Positions 1 through 12,727 are shown, counted from the first letter of the stretch. The stretch: DNA of 64,000 nucleotides from Eledone cirrhosa (GCA_964016885.1 OZ024741.1:176948001-177012000); one strand, 5' to 3'. Made by a program: numbers and translations. Notes: generated by a model from the sequence alone, not told the origin.

Positions 1-560
1 GACGCGATGTGCTTTGTCCATGTTCATATTAGCACATTCGACCAATCCAATCGGAACCTGTCAGACAGTTGGACGCATCTGAGTATATATGCGAGGCTTT
101 AACACCTCCCGTTTCTTATCCGCTAGAACCACACAGTCACAGCTTCCATCCACGATTCCGTTCCAATTCCCCATTAACCTTAAAGGGTGGGATTTTTCCA
201 GGAAGGTCTACAGTCGCCTGAAGAAATCAGGCCGTTCTGCATTTGGCAGCGTATAAACACCCACTAGACTGAACGCATAGCCATCGCTGTTGGTCACAGC
301 CAACGCCACCAACTTACCGCGTGAGTCCTGGAGGATTGTCCGTATCACGAGATGCAGGAATTTCCGAAACAACACAGCGATTCCGACCACAAATGCCAAA
401 CGGCGTCGTAACCGCCGAAAATGGGTGCGGGGCCGTTTGCCTCGGAAATTATGGCCTCGTTGATGGCCATCCCATCTATTTTCATTGTCCTGAGATCGTT
501 GAGCAGATCTTCTTGCTTCCATGACGACTCCAGGCCAGGAGCAATTACACTGCTTACTCT
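1..560 (-). mobile_element. Degenerate L1/Tx1-type LINE ORF2 fragment (APE endonuclease region)
   Basis: ORF 208..762 ends RGKLVALAVTNSDGYAFSLVGVYTLPNAERPDFFRRL, resembling the 'GR.......L..VYAPN...R..FF..L' block of L1/Tx1 AP-endonucleases; frameshifted upstream and runs off the window start. Confidence 0.55.
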
Positions 561-1077
561 GTGTAACGCCATGTTGAAAGAATAGAAGGAAAGGGTAGAT
601 ATGACCACTTACTTCAGTCCTGTGGAGGAAGGAAGATTCCCCATTCCTTTTGCTGGTTGTGGCTCTCTCTCCGAAGGAATTATTTGTATATCCGTCCCGA
701 AAGAGTTTCTCGGAAATCTCCAATGCCACTGAGGGATTTTCCTTGGATGGCCTATATTGCAAGTTATTTGGAAACTACAATAATACAAATAAGGATGTTA
801 AGTGAGCCACTGGGTCAGATATTTCGGGAGAAGGGAATGACGATTACATTGATCACAGAATTTACTAGTACTTAATGTTATCAAGCCGGGGATGATGTAA
901 GACTACGTTTGCCTCAGTGAGTTTAAAATTCAAAACGCAGAGAGCAGAACAATTTTCGGCTTGTATGCGACGCACCAACATATTTCCTATAGACACGCAC
1001 AGAAATACGCAAACACACGCACATTACCCCTATATAAATAAATAAATATTTAAACATATATATGTATATATATTTTC

Positions 1078-1690
1078 AAGACCTCCTTCTGTCAAGGCTG
1101 ACCATGGGTAGTATCCTGTTGTCAGCTCAGCTGGAGCAGCGTCTCCCTTGGCTAAACAAACCTATACGTGAGTGACAGTCTCTGTCACATTGGACACATA
1201 TGTATATGGTCTCAGATCTGTTGGATTTATTGCACTCCTTTCGTCGGGCTCTCCCGTCCACTGCTGCAGTCATCAAACTCTCCTCCGCTGATTTGAGGTG
1301 TTGATTCAATATGTGTTTCTCCATCTTGGCCGGTCAGCTGCGAGGCCTTCCCAGCACTCTGTATTCATCTCACTGGCCTTCATATCTCTCTTCATAATAT
1401 CCTTGTATCACAGCCGAGGTCGACCGGTGGCTTTCTTTCCAGAGGCCAGCTCACCTTATAAGATGTATTTTAGAATGCAGCGATCATTCATGCGCTGGGC
1501 GTTTCATAGCCAGCGAAGTCTGCACTGCCAGAGCAGGGTAAACATGCTGGGAAGGCCAGCGCGAATAAGCACATCGGCGTTGGGTACTCTGTCCTGCAGG
1601 GATATACCCAAGATACGGTACAAGCTTAACAGATGGAAAGTATTGATCGCATCTCCTGACTAACATATGGGAACCATAACGCACATGTGT
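1078..1690 (-). mobile_element. RTE-clade LINE, 3' fragment
   Basis: C-terminal C..C.RDCHSRIGLFS.GRRC motif (1127..1324) and upstream 'YLGYI..Q..V' / 'GELASGK...GRP.L' remnants typical of RTE thumb and C-terminus; stops and frameshifts present. Confidence 0.75.
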
Positions 1691-1696
1691 TATTTG

Positions 1697-1885
1697 CGGT
1701 GGATTGGCAGTATCGGTAGAGAGTCGGACACCATGCTTTCCAGCATAGTTACGTCCCTTTACGATCTGAGTTCAAATCCCGCCGAGGTTGACCTTGCCTT
1801 TCATCCTTACGGGGTCGATAAAATAAAGTACCAGTAATGCACTGGGTAATTTGCTGGCCTTGTGCCTAAAGTAGAAACAGTTATT
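1697..1885 (+). mobile_element. tRNA-derived SINE with Meta-type central domain
   Basis: A-box-like TGGCAGTATCGG, B-box GAGTTCAAATCC, then GAGGTTGACCTTGCCTTTCATCCTTACGGGGTCGATAAAATAAAGTACCAG; further copies at 12336, 12539 and 52042. Confidence 0.85.
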
Positions 1886-2232
1886 TAATCTTCTATAAAA
1901 CATAGTAGTGAGGTAAATATTGCAGAGAGTAGTCGTTGAAAAGCACCTCTTCAGAAATGCTATTCACTGAATTTGGCGAAACAGTTCTACGCGTAAACTG
2001 TCCGGGTACATGGTAGGTTCGTATATCTCAATTTATCCTTTGGAGTGGGTTCTGTGAACCTTACTATTTTAGTCAGTATTTTCTTCATCCTGGCGTTTAG
2101 ACCCTTGCGATTTGAACACATATTCTTATATATCTGTGTTCGTCTCTCCTTACTGTATTATAAGGGTCGGGAAATTTGGTTTCCTTGAGCTATTTTCATT
2201 ACAGGGGACTATTGAGATTGTTTAAACTCGAT

Positions 2233-2430
<198 letters not shown>

Positions 2431-2597
2431 TAACAAATAAAAGGTTGTGGTAAGGCACCAGGTAGACCATAACGCACCAGACTTCTCAACACTTAGTGTA
2501 GTAGAGTGGGTAATAGGAAAAGAGGCTAGAACCCGACGGATCTAGCTGTCGAAAAGGCCGGACCTCAGCCGCCGGGGTCCTCACTCATTTCCTAAAT
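2431..2597. mobile_element. Short inverted insertion of the PLE family-1 3' end (tail on -, partial hammerhead on +)
   Basis: 2431-2525 is the reverse complement of the TATTACCCACTCTACTAC...TTACCACA tail at 31252-31330 and 48085-48170; 2540-2595 matches the 3' half of the hammerhead at 3562-3600. Confidence 0.65.
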
Positions 2598-2634
2598 ATG
2601 TATATATATATATATATATATAGATAGATAGACA

Positions 2635-3488
2635 CTTTCACATAAGTCATAAATACCGCTCCATTATGAACCGACACAAAGTGAAACTAGCATACACCTG
2701 CGCTAAGATTATGAAGGCCCAAATCACCAACCGCGCTAAGAACAACACCCCACCAGGGCTCTCTTGCCGTAAGCCCGAAGCTTGTCACCTTTAACAGCAA
2801 TGCAACACACCCGTTGCAGTTTATGAAGCTGTGGTCACATCCACCCGACCAAATCAACAACAGGAGGTCCGATCTAAGGAACGCTTTATGAACCACCAAT
2901 CGACCTGTAGCTACCCGGACAGACATTCATCCACGAAACTTGCGAGCCACGTATAATCCCTCGTATAGTCCTTCAAGTATAGACTACTCCATTCAATGAA
3001 AATCCATCACTAAGTCCAAGCCATACGCAAGGGGCAATTCGTTGGGTGGACTGTATATTTATGAACGAATAAACATTCTAAAGAGATTACGCAACAGTGA
3101 TTGCATAAACACCAGAAATGAGTTCTTCACACGTTGTCCACACGACTGGAAACACCTCTTACATAACTACAAAGCTCCGGATTGAATTAGAACAACATCC
3201 TAATTTTCTTATGAACCAGAAACTTTCCGTCTTTCGCAGTTATCCCCCTTACACCTCTCGCTCGCAATTGAGTAATGCTTGTGTGAAATGATCGTTTCTG
3301 CGCATGCGCATTCGTACGTTTGTCCTTCCTGTTCCGTATAACCATGTCCATTACGAGCTGAGGATCCGCTAAGATGAAACAATTGTTCTCGGTATGGTGA
3401 ACTAACTGTTGTGTAACAACTTCTACCTAACTCGTCCCATGGATTGAGTGCTCTACCACTACGGATATTACCATCCAGTGTTCTGCCA

Positions 3489-3491
<3 letters not shown>
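2635..3491 (+). mobile_element. 5'-truncated degenerate PLE (GIY-YIG C-terminus + 3' UTR)
   Basis: ~2985-3185 reads ..SKPYARGNSLGGLYIYERINILKRLRNSDCINTRNEFFTRCPHDWKHLLHNYKAPD*, homologous to the end of ORF 4776..6734; hammerhead-like motif downstream; both ends in (TA)n. Confidence 0.65.
3354..3391 (+). ncRNA. Minimal type I hammerhead-like motif (weak stem II)
   Basis: cgag-CTGAGGA-tccgctaagat-GAAA-caattg-TT-ctcg; stem I cgag/ctcg, palindromic stem III. Confidence 0.55.
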
Positions 3492-3551
<60 letters not shown>

Positions 3552-3561
3552 AACCAGTAAG

Positions 3562-3655
3562 ACCCCGACAGCTGAGCTCAAGCCGTTTCGACGGCTAATC
3601 CTGGACTAAATGAAAATTTATCCTGGTATTTAAATAGCCGATCTTCTCAAGGGGT
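3562..3655 (-). ncRNA. Type I hammerhead ribozyme with U3-A8 core variant
   Basis: Minus strand: acccc-TTGAGAA-ga(t)cggcta...tagccgtc-GAAA-cggct tgagctc agctg-TC-ggggt; stems I-III all pair, triplet GUC. Confidence 0.75.
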
Positions 3656-3699
3656 AATTCCATATATGGTCAAAGTGATTGTCAAAAATCAGTAGTAAT

Positions 3700-3762
3700 C
3701 AGGTTTAGCCACCATCTCCCCTACTAATTGCAAATTAGTAGGGGAGATGGTGGCTAAACCTG
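3700..3762. repeat. Perfect 30-bp hairpin with 3-nt loop in the PLE-1 3' UTR
   Basis: caggtttagccaccatctcccctactaatt-gca-aattagtaggggagatggtggctaaacctg. Confidence 0.95.
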
Positions 3763-4775
3763 CCAGTAGGAGAAAGAGGGGAGGGGTGGAGTAGACCCAA
3801 TCAAGCGTTGGTAGTGCCAGCTACAGCTGGGCATGAGGTCAAAGAAGATACTGGGGAGGGGGAGGGGTATGAAGTCGGAACGGTAGGTAGAACAATGGGG
3901 GGTAAAAATATAAATGAAAGAAAAAATACTGAGAGTGAAGAAAAGCGAATAAGTGTAAAGAAAAAAGTAAAGCAAGTTCTACGACCTAGGTCTCTAGCTA
4001 TTGTTAGGCTAGAATAAATAAATAAATAAAGAAAGAAAGAAGTACAGAAATAAATAAAGAAATAACGAAATAAGTAGAAGAACTAGGTGGGACGAAATAG
4101 GCAAGGACCCTTTTTAAGAGGTATAAGTACGTAAATGATACGGTGACGGGTCAACAAAAGGGGCCAAAATACTAAAGAGACTACCACGAAATAAATAATA
4201 AAGGTTTCTAACCCGGTCACAATGCCAGCAACCACCCATGTCAGCAAAGTGAACTAGTACGAGATAATAATTCTGAGTCCCGAAAAAAATATATACTAAT
4301 GCTAACTCTAAAAGATCTAAAACAAGCTACATAAAAGTTCGTACGAAGTAAAGGTAGAATACGGAAAGATAAATTCAGAATCCACCCCGCCCAAAAGAAA
4401 AGCGAAGAAAGAAATACTGAAACGAAAAAAATAAGGCATAAGTGCCACTAAGAAATATAGAAGGCACGGCGAATAGTGGGAGCGGTCGGAAAAAGGGGGC
4501 AAGTATCCGGGGTCTAAACCAACTGCTATAAAAGGCGGAGTCCGCCAAATCTATCATAGACTAGGGGAGGGGGGGGGGGGGTACTAAGGCTACAAGGGGC
4601 CAAAGGGCAGCCTCGGGTGGGCGAGAAAAGACGCCGACAAAGGAGAAGAGCTGGGGTAGAAGGACTAAGGAGAGAAGGGGGAAGGAAATAAGGAAGCGAT
4701 AAAAGAATAAAAAGAAGATCTTACGTCTCCCTTGGCAAGCAGGGGTTACCCATTGCAAAATCGGCAAGTGGTGTG

Positions 4776-6734
4776 TTATAGCCCTAGTCTACCCCCCCCC
4801 CGGTCATTATGGGGTTTGAGGGCGAGGTAAGTCCTACGCAATCTATGTTTACATGCAGTAACCAGTTCATCTTTCTTGTTTAGGAGTTGGTCCGTCGAAA
4901 ACAGCATTTGTAAAGTTTCCTCCGAGCATAAATTGCACGGACGGCGTCCTCCCGTGTAAGAATTGGCTCTGGACAGTAATCTCCAAGTGAGATCATAGGT
5001 GATGTTGTTGTCCTTGAGGTCCCATATGTGGCCCGAAAGTGTAGTGGCGTGACGCCGGGCCGGGTTTCGGAAGGTATGTCTATGTTGGTATAGCCAGGTC
5101 TTGAAGTCACATGCGGTAAGTCCTATATAGGCTTTGTTGGAGGTATCCGTCCTCACGTTGCACTGGTAGATCACATTACGGTCTCTGCATCTATTGTCGA
5201 GTGGGCAAATGGATCTATCCGGACAGTTACACTTCCTGGTCGGTTCTCCACTGCTATTTAGGTTATTTCTGCCATCGGGGTTGAGTTTTTTGTTGTTAGA
5301 GGAGACGATGTTTTGTGCGAAGTTTGGTGTAGTGCTGTAAGAGAGTTTGATGGTATTTTTGTTAATTATGTTGTGGTAGCGGTGTTGTAATGGGAAGTGT
5401 TTTTCAATGAGCCTAAATAATAGTTTCCCGGTGGGAGTTGTCACCTCTGCATTGTGGGGAGGATTTAACCATGTTACATTGCGTGAGCGGCGGTGTCTCC
5501 TGCTGGTTCCGCTAATGGGAGCTGGACAGTAGGATATTTCCTCCCGGAAACCACTCCGCTTGAGGGCCTGGTTGTAATAAGGTGCATGTTCATCGAATAT
5601 CCGCTCATTAGCTGACAAACGGGATATGCGGAGGGAGATGGTTTTGACCAGGTTGTTTGTGATGTTCCTAGGGTGGTTTGATCGGCGGTTGATGTAGTGC
5701 AGATTGTCATTAGGTTTCCTGTATGGGTAGTACAGGTCGTTTTCGAGGTCGAGGGTCACGTCCAGGAAGTTTACTCGGGTCAGGGACGTTTGTAGGGTTA
5801 TTTTAAATCCCCAGTCGCGGAAGAATCTGATTAATTGTTTCCGGACCCGATCTGTACTACTGGGGTTGTACCCTTTAAGAGTAAGGAGCCCATCATCACG
5901 GTACAATCCACCACCGAATGCAGGAAACATATCAGTGAGTTTGGCTATTAGGAATAATCCTATAAGATCTGTGACCTCCGCCGAATCCGTGGCGCCCATG
6001 CTGACGTCGAAGGGTGAGTCGGGAGCTCTTTTTATCCATTTGGAGTCGTCAAAGAGTAAGACTGTCTTCCTGGCGTGGGGGAGGATTTTTCTTTCCTGGT
6101 CGGTGATGGGCACAAGTGTTTCGGCGAAGTCCAAGGCGGCAGTAAGTAGCGGTAAGGTGATTGAAGCATAGTAGCTCTCTATGTCGAACTGTATGAATTT
6201 AGTGTCTCGTTTATCCTCCATATTGCTGAACCATGAGATTACTTCCTGGGTGTTGATCCATAGGCTAAGTCGGGCATGTTGCTTGACTTTTGGTATCACG
6301 CGGTCTAGGATTTTTTTGATGATTCTCCCTATGTCGGACTTCGTTGGGTTAATAAGGCTGATAGAGGGTTTACGGTCAAAATCGGATTTATGGTCATTCA
6401 GTGTGAAGTATGGTGTCCGTGGGTCTAGAGGTTCCGTGCGGTCGGTGACCCCGAGGCTGGAGGTAATTTGTTGTCCATCTCGATTTATGTCCTCGATGCA
6501 AGAGTGGTTGGCCTTTTTATAGGTGGAGTTTAGGCTGCTCCTGATCAGTGTGTGGTATCTGTCAGGGTTGACAAAGTATAGGTTCCCAGTTTTATCCGAA
6601 TGCACCATGATGTCATTTGTGTTATCATACTCTGTTAAGTTGCTACGGAGTTTTTGTAGGAATCGGTTGTGTCTGGGTTTAAATTTAATGTTCTCGACCA
6701 GTTGGGAGAGGTCATTCTCGAAGGGGGAGAGCAA
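4776..6734 (-). CDS. PLE reverse transcriptase + GIY-YIG endonuclease (N-terminally truncated, uninterrupted frame)
   Basis: SDKTG motif; RT motifs [40 protein letters not shown]; Zn linker [15 protein letters not shown]; NVIYQC...AYIGLT; C-terminal [15 protein letters not shown]. Confidence 0.93.
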   Translation of the reverse strand: MLSPFENDLSQLVENIKFKPRHNRFLQKLRSNLTEYDNTNDIMVHSDKTGNLYFVNPDRYHTLIRSSLNSTYKKANHSCIEDINRDGQQITSSLGVTDRTEPLDPRTPYFTLNDHKSDFDRKPSISLINPTKSDIGRIIKKILDRVIPKVKQHARLSLWINTQEVISWFSNMEDKRDTKFIQFDIESYYASITLPLLTAALDFAETLVPITDQERKILPHARKTVLLFDDSKWIKRAPDSPFDVSMGATDSAEVTDLIGLFLIAKLTDMFPAFGGGLYRDDGLLTLKGYNPSSTDRVRKQLIRFFRDWGFKITLQTSLTRVNFLDVTLDLENDLYYPYRKPNDNLHYINRRSNHPRNITNNLVKTISLRISRLSANERIFDEHAPYYNQALKRSGFREEISYCPAPISGTSRRHRRSRNVTWLNPPHNAEVTTPTGKLLFRLIEKHFPLQHRYHNIINKNTIKLSYSTTPNFAQNIVSSNNKKLNPDGRNNLNSSGEPTRKCNCPDRSICPLDNRCRDRNVIYQCNVRTDTSNKAYIGLTACDFKTWLYQHRHTFRNPARRHATTLSGHIWDLKDNNITYDLTWRLLSRANSYTGGRRPCNLCSEETLQMLFSTDQLLNKKDELVTACKHRLRRTYLALKPHNDRGGGRLGL

Positions 6735-6840
6735 GGGGTTCGGGGGCGGAGATTTGTAGGTAATAAATCCGAATCTCTCCTTGATATATATTTATACATA
6801 CATATATATATTTATACATACATATGTATACATATATATA

Positions 6841-6941
<101 letters not shown>

Positions 6942-6943
6942 AC

Positions 6944-6977
<34 letters not shown>

Positions 6978-7361
6978 TTAGATGTGTTTATATATATATA
7001 TATGGGGGCGCTGTACGTGTAAGCATGGATCTGTGTTTTTGTGCTTTTATGTAGAGATATATGTATTTTTTTCACGCCGTGTTATGTATAGCACACATTT
7101 GTACGATCGAGAAATCTCGCGCCCTTTGCTAAATCTATTAACTGAACATTAAAACAAATATATAATTATCCAAACGAGCTTTTTAATGCAATAACACTTA
7201 GTTAAATAAATTAACGGCCAGAATAACATTACATTATGCTAATCAGGGAAAATGTTCTCATGAAATCATTATATTTAAGTGTACATAAGAGCTATATACC
7301 GTATCTCACTCCGTGGGAAGAAAATGCGTACAGGTTCATTCTGAATATATATATATATATA

Positions 7362-7958
7362 TAAGTTGAAAAAAAAAAAAATGAAAACGAAATTTCATTT
7401 CTCACTCTTAGTATGGCACTTACTTAAATGTAAGTATGTATGTATACGTACATACATATATGTATACAGACGTACAGTAGGATGCATATATATATATACA
7501 TATATATACATATATACATACAGGTACACATACATATATGCACGCATCAGTTTAGCGGACGCTTATTATAACGCCGCTTTGTTCGTTTGTAAACAAAACT
7601 GAACAGCCTGAATTTATGCCATACGGTGTTAAGGCAACCACGTCACCTTTTTGTTCAACACTGACACAGGAACGATGTACTACTTTCAAGCTTGTTAGCT
7701 ATCATCAGCACCGTTTACCCATCTGCCAGATAGTTGAACGTTCGAAAGTATATACTTTCCTTATGAAAATTAACGGCTGAGCAGCCTAATTTGCATATTG
7801 AGTGAGTTAAATCGGTCAGGCATACCGAAAACGATAAGTTGAAAAAAAAAAAAATGAAAACGAAATTTCATTTCTCTCTCTTAGTTTGGCACTTACTTAA
7901 ATGTAAGTATGTATGTATACGTACATACATATATGTATACAGACGTACAGTAGCATGC

Positions 7959-8021
<63 letters not shown>

Positions 8022-8487
8022 TATATACATATATACATACAGGTACACATACATATATGCACGCATCAGTTTAGCGGACGCTTATTATAACGCCGCTTTG
8101 TTCGTATGTAAACAAAACTGAACAGCCTGAATTTATGCCATACGGTGTTAAGGCAACCACGTCACCTTTTTGTTCAACACTGACACAGGAACGATGTACT
8201 AGTTTCAAGCTTGTTAGCTATAATCAGCACCGTTTACCCATCTGCCAGATAGTTGAACGTTCGAAAGTATATACTTTCCTTATGAAAATTAACGGCTGAG
8301 CAGCCTAATTTGCATATTGAGTGAGTTAAATCGGTCAGGCATACCGAAAACGATCAGTTGAAAAAAAAAAAATGAAAACGAAATTTCATTTCTTACTCTT
8401 AGTATGGCACTTACTTAAATGTAAGTATGCATGTATACGTACATACATATATGTATACAGACGTACAGTAGCATGCATATATATATA

Positions 8488-8553
<66 letters not shown>

Positions 8554-8677
8554 CATATATGCACGCATCAGTTTAGCGGACGCTTATTATAACGCCGCTT
8601 TGTTCGTTTGTAAACAAAACGGAACAGCCTGAATTTATGCCATACGGTGTTAAGGCAAGCACGTCACCTTTTTGTTC
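7362..8677 (-). mobile_element. Retrozyme-like tandem array A (~2.7 monomers, older and diverged)
   Basis: Same monomer as 32577-39987; units start near 7362, 7835 and 8355; hammerheads at 7671-7715 (GAAAG breaks stem III) and 8190-8234 (CTGATTA) each carry a substitution. Confidence 0.9.
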
Positions 8678-11545
8678 TGGTGGAAATAGAAATAGAAACA
8701 ACACAACTAACAATAACAATAGCACTAGTACACATAAAGCAGCAGCCTGGAACTCTACTTTTTATAATCCCTCCGATAAATCGTTCGACTTGCGACGAGC
8801 CCACGCCACGAATTTACCATTTAACAAACGCACGCAATTGCCGTCGCAGGTCGATGAACAAACAGAACCACAATTTAGTATAGCCAGATCCGAACTTAGA
8901 AATATTATAGAACAGTATAGCAAGAAGCATAATAGAATGGAGGCCCAGCAACTGGGAGAAAAATCTGCAAATGGCTTGCGTAAGCTCATGCAGCGCTCGC
9001 ATAATGGAGAGATAGCATGTTTTCCAGCAGACAAATCTGGCAGAATGTCGGTTGACAGTCTGCCAAACTACATTCAGGCAATACAACCCCACATCACCAA
9101 CACAAGAGAGGTAACACCACAGGAGCATGAGGATAGAGAAAAAGCCCTCAATGCCCATATGGTGATGTGAACGAATATAATGCAGCCCAACAAAAGGACT
9201 GCCAACAACTTCCAGGCCTGGAACAATGACGTGCCGGCGTTGTATGGGCTTCGAAAAGACCATAAAACGGGCAGTGACCCTGTCGCGGGACCACCAACAC
9301 GGCCAGTCCGTGGAGGTAACATTGCTAGTAACTACATACTGTCCTACTTCCTCTCCCTGTTCATACGCCCCATCATTGAAATGTCCCCAGATGTATGTGA
9401 CAGCACGGAGGACCTCCTCAGCAGAATCGGCGAGAGTAACCGATCTAGGGACCTAAAAGACTGCATAATATGTAGTATGGATGTTGTGTCCCTGTATCCA
9501 TCTATTGACGTGGATTTTGCTGTGGAGAAATGCGTAGAAATGATCAGTGAGAGCAATGTTGAGTTCCGTGGGATTGATACCAGTGAGCTGGGACTACTAC
9601 TTAAACTTACCTATAGTAATAATTACCTAGACACATATGACCTTAGCAACCTGTGCCCTACACGACCAGCAATAGGCAGACCACCTACCATTACTTCAAT
9701 GGCCAAGAAAACCCACACAGATAGATGGAACGGGTGGACGAGAGCCATACGGACACCCGAAAACAACGATAAACTGAAGAAAATGATTGCACATGCGGTG
9801 GGGGCCAGCATAAAACTAACCCTTAAGGAACATATGTTCAAATTTAATGGAAAAACATATGCCCAAGAGGAAGGAGCAGTCATTGGTGTTAGCATTGCAG
9901 GCGACATAGCTAACTTATTCATGGTATGGTGGGACAGTAGACTTAAACTTAAAGAACAATTAGAAGACCCCTTAACCCTGATAATGTACTCCCGCTACGT
10001 TGATGATATAAACATCGTAGTTAAGACACCCCCACTAGAGAAAAACTAGAGAAAAACACAATGGAAAGCATCCAGCAAATAGCTAACTCCATCCACTAGA
10101 GCATTAGAGTTACTATAGACTACCCAAGTAAACACCCCAACCATCGATTACCTGTACTAGACACAGAGCTCTGGTTAGATACCATTAATAACAAAAAACA
10201 AATCCTCCATTCCCATTATGCCAAACCCATGACTTCCAAACATCTGATTCACCGAAACTCGGCCGTTTCGGACCATACCAAAATCAACATACTGATTGCG
10301 GATTTGGTATGGGTGATGAGAAACGTGTCCCGCATGTGCAACACCGGAGAACTAGAGCGACACATACAACACTTCATCCACCGTATACAGTTCTCTGGCT
10401 ACAATCAGATAGATAAAATCAGAGTGTATAGAGGAGCTAGAACCAAATGGGAAAAAATGGTAAATAATGACACAAATGGGACCTGCCCCTTGTATAGGAG
10501 CAAATTTTGGAATAGAATAGAAAGAACTAGGAACAAGGCTAATAGAATAAATTCATGGTATGATAGCAATAAATACCAGAGTGTAATGTTCATCGATAGA
10601 ACCCCTAGAGGTGAATTAGCTTACAAATTTAGAAGGGCCCTAGATAAACATAAACTCGATATTAATATAGTAGAAAGACCAGGTACCTCCGTAAAAACAC
10701 TTATTAGCAAGACATACCCTTTTCAAAGACCCTCATGTATAGATAAGAAATGTATAACCTGCAAAATAAGCCCCCATATTAACTGTAAAACTAGAAATGT
10801 AGTGTATAGCATAAGATGTACTGAAGGACAATGTAGAGACAAACATATAGTGTACATAGGTGAGAGAGCTCGTAGTGTAGGAGAACGGATAAATGAACAC
10901 TGGCGAGACCTTCAAGATAGTAAAGAATCATCTGTACTCTACCAACATGCTAAAATAGAACACAAGGGTAAATTAGATAACATAGAAATAAAAATAGAAT
11001 CTACACACAGAAAAGACACAGAGGCAATGAACATAAAAGAATTACAACCAAAATTAAATAGAAAATATGAGTGGAACAGCAACATCACAACTTACAATTA
11101 AGGACAAAATGAATACACACACACACATAAAACAAACAACCAACCAGTAACATGTAAATAAAGAAATAAATAAATGAACATAAACACACACAGACACCCG
11201 GATGTTCTGCAGGCGCAGACTGAGCACACAACACACACACAGAAACAAAATGGCGTAGGACAACAAAGAGAGGCACAAAAACAAAGAAAGGAATCCCCAG
11301 TCACTGAAGAGGTCACAGAGTGTGTGACGAAAGAACTATGACAATATATAAACAACTATCTGGTTGTGGAACCAACCAATCGACCAGAAATTTATAAATT
11401 TATAAATTTATTATAAATTTATTAAGTGAATGCATGTGGTGCGTGTGTTTCTTATTGGCAACATAACCCTCCCAAAGTACAACAATATCGGTTTCAACAC
11501 ACGATTTCAGATAAAGAATCTTGCTAAACAAATTCAGAAACGAAA
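8678..11545 (+). mobile_element. Penelope-like element family 2, 5'-truncated and pseudogenised
   Basis: Broken ORFs 8678-9170 (PADKSG), 9180-10049 (DVVSLYPSI, QEEGAVIG, YSRYVDDI) and 10229-11101 (C..KKCITC, NVVYSIRC...VYIGE..RS..ER..EH); hammerhead in 3' UTR; same 3' terminus as the copy at 31379. Confidence 0.9.
11300..11342 (+). ncRNA. Minimal type I hammerhead in the PLE-2 3' end
   Basis: gtca-CTGAAGAG-gtcac agagtgt gtgac-GAAA-gaac-TA-tgac; triplet CUA; a degenerate copy lies on - at ~31588-31630. Confidence 0.7.
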
Positions 11546-11624
11546 TATATATGTATATATATTTATATATATATATGTGTGTGTGTGTGTGTACTGAATG
11601 AGTGTTTGTACACGCACACTCCCT

Positions 11625-11765
<141 letters not shown>

Positions 11766-12335
11766 TGTGTATAAAAGATGTTCTCCGCCATGGTTATGAG
11801 TTTACCATTTCCTTAAGAGACCAAGTGAATCTTATTTAATCACCTGTTTTAAAAGTATCTCCTCTGTTGTGTTATTAATATTGTATCGTCATATATAGAG
11901 ATCTATCACGAGGGAGATTCTGTAATCTGATGATGGAGAACAGAAAAGATAATGGTCGTGGAATTATATTAAAAGGATGAAAAATGAAAAGCGAACTTGA
12001 AGATGAAAACAAGAAAAATATATATATGGGAGTCTGTCTGTAAATCAATCAAGAATTTTATGTATATTATTGTAATTATTTACATTGGTACTTTATTGTC
12101 TAGGTCCTCAGTAAGGAAGATTTTCATGCAGGCATCGTGCGATGCTTAATATATGTTAGTTTGTCATCAACAGAATACACCTTTCAGTTACTCTGGTGAA
12201 TGTTGACCAAGGTAAAACCATACAGCATGGGACGCGTTCCATGCAATCTGTCTACTACATAACAAACATATTTTTCGACAAGGAACATCTACTCAACAAA
12301 AAGTATGAATAAGTTACATTATATAAATACTAATG

Positions 12336-12727
12336 GATGGTGGATTGGCAGTATTGATAGAGGGTCGGACGCCATGCTTTGCAGCAAAGAGTTACGTCCC
12401 TTTATGGTCTGAGTTCAAATCCCGCCGAGGTTACCTTTGCCTTTCATCCTTACGGGATCGATAAAGTAAAGTACCAGTTATACACTGGGATAATTGCTGG
12501 CCTTGTGCCAAATGTAGAAACAATTATATAAATACTAAGGGCGTTGGATTGGCAGTATTGGTGGAGGGTCGGACGCCATGCTTTCCAGCATAGTTACGTC
12601 CCTTTACGAACTGAATTCAAATCCCGCCGATGTTGAATGTGCCTTTCATCCTTACGTGGTCGATAAAATAAAGTACCAGTAATGCACTGAGTAATTGCTG
12701 ACCTTGTGCCTAAAGTAGAAACAATTA
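12336..12727 (+). mobile_element. Two tandem Meta-type SINE copies
   Basis: Copies at 12336-12526 and 12539-12727 match 1697-1885; the motif AAATACTAA occurs before, between and after them. Confidence 0.85.

Larger units (their letters stand above)
3549..6783 (-). mobile_element. Penelope-like element family 1 (probably Nematis-like), 5'-truncated, with ~1.2-kb 3' UTR
   Basis: Contains the 652-aa RT+GIY-YIG ORF, a pyrimidine-rich 3' UTR, a 30-bp hairpin and a terminal hammerhead; both ends abut (TA)n. Clade assignment is from memory of the C.C.....CPL...C linker and is tentative. Confidence 0.9.
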
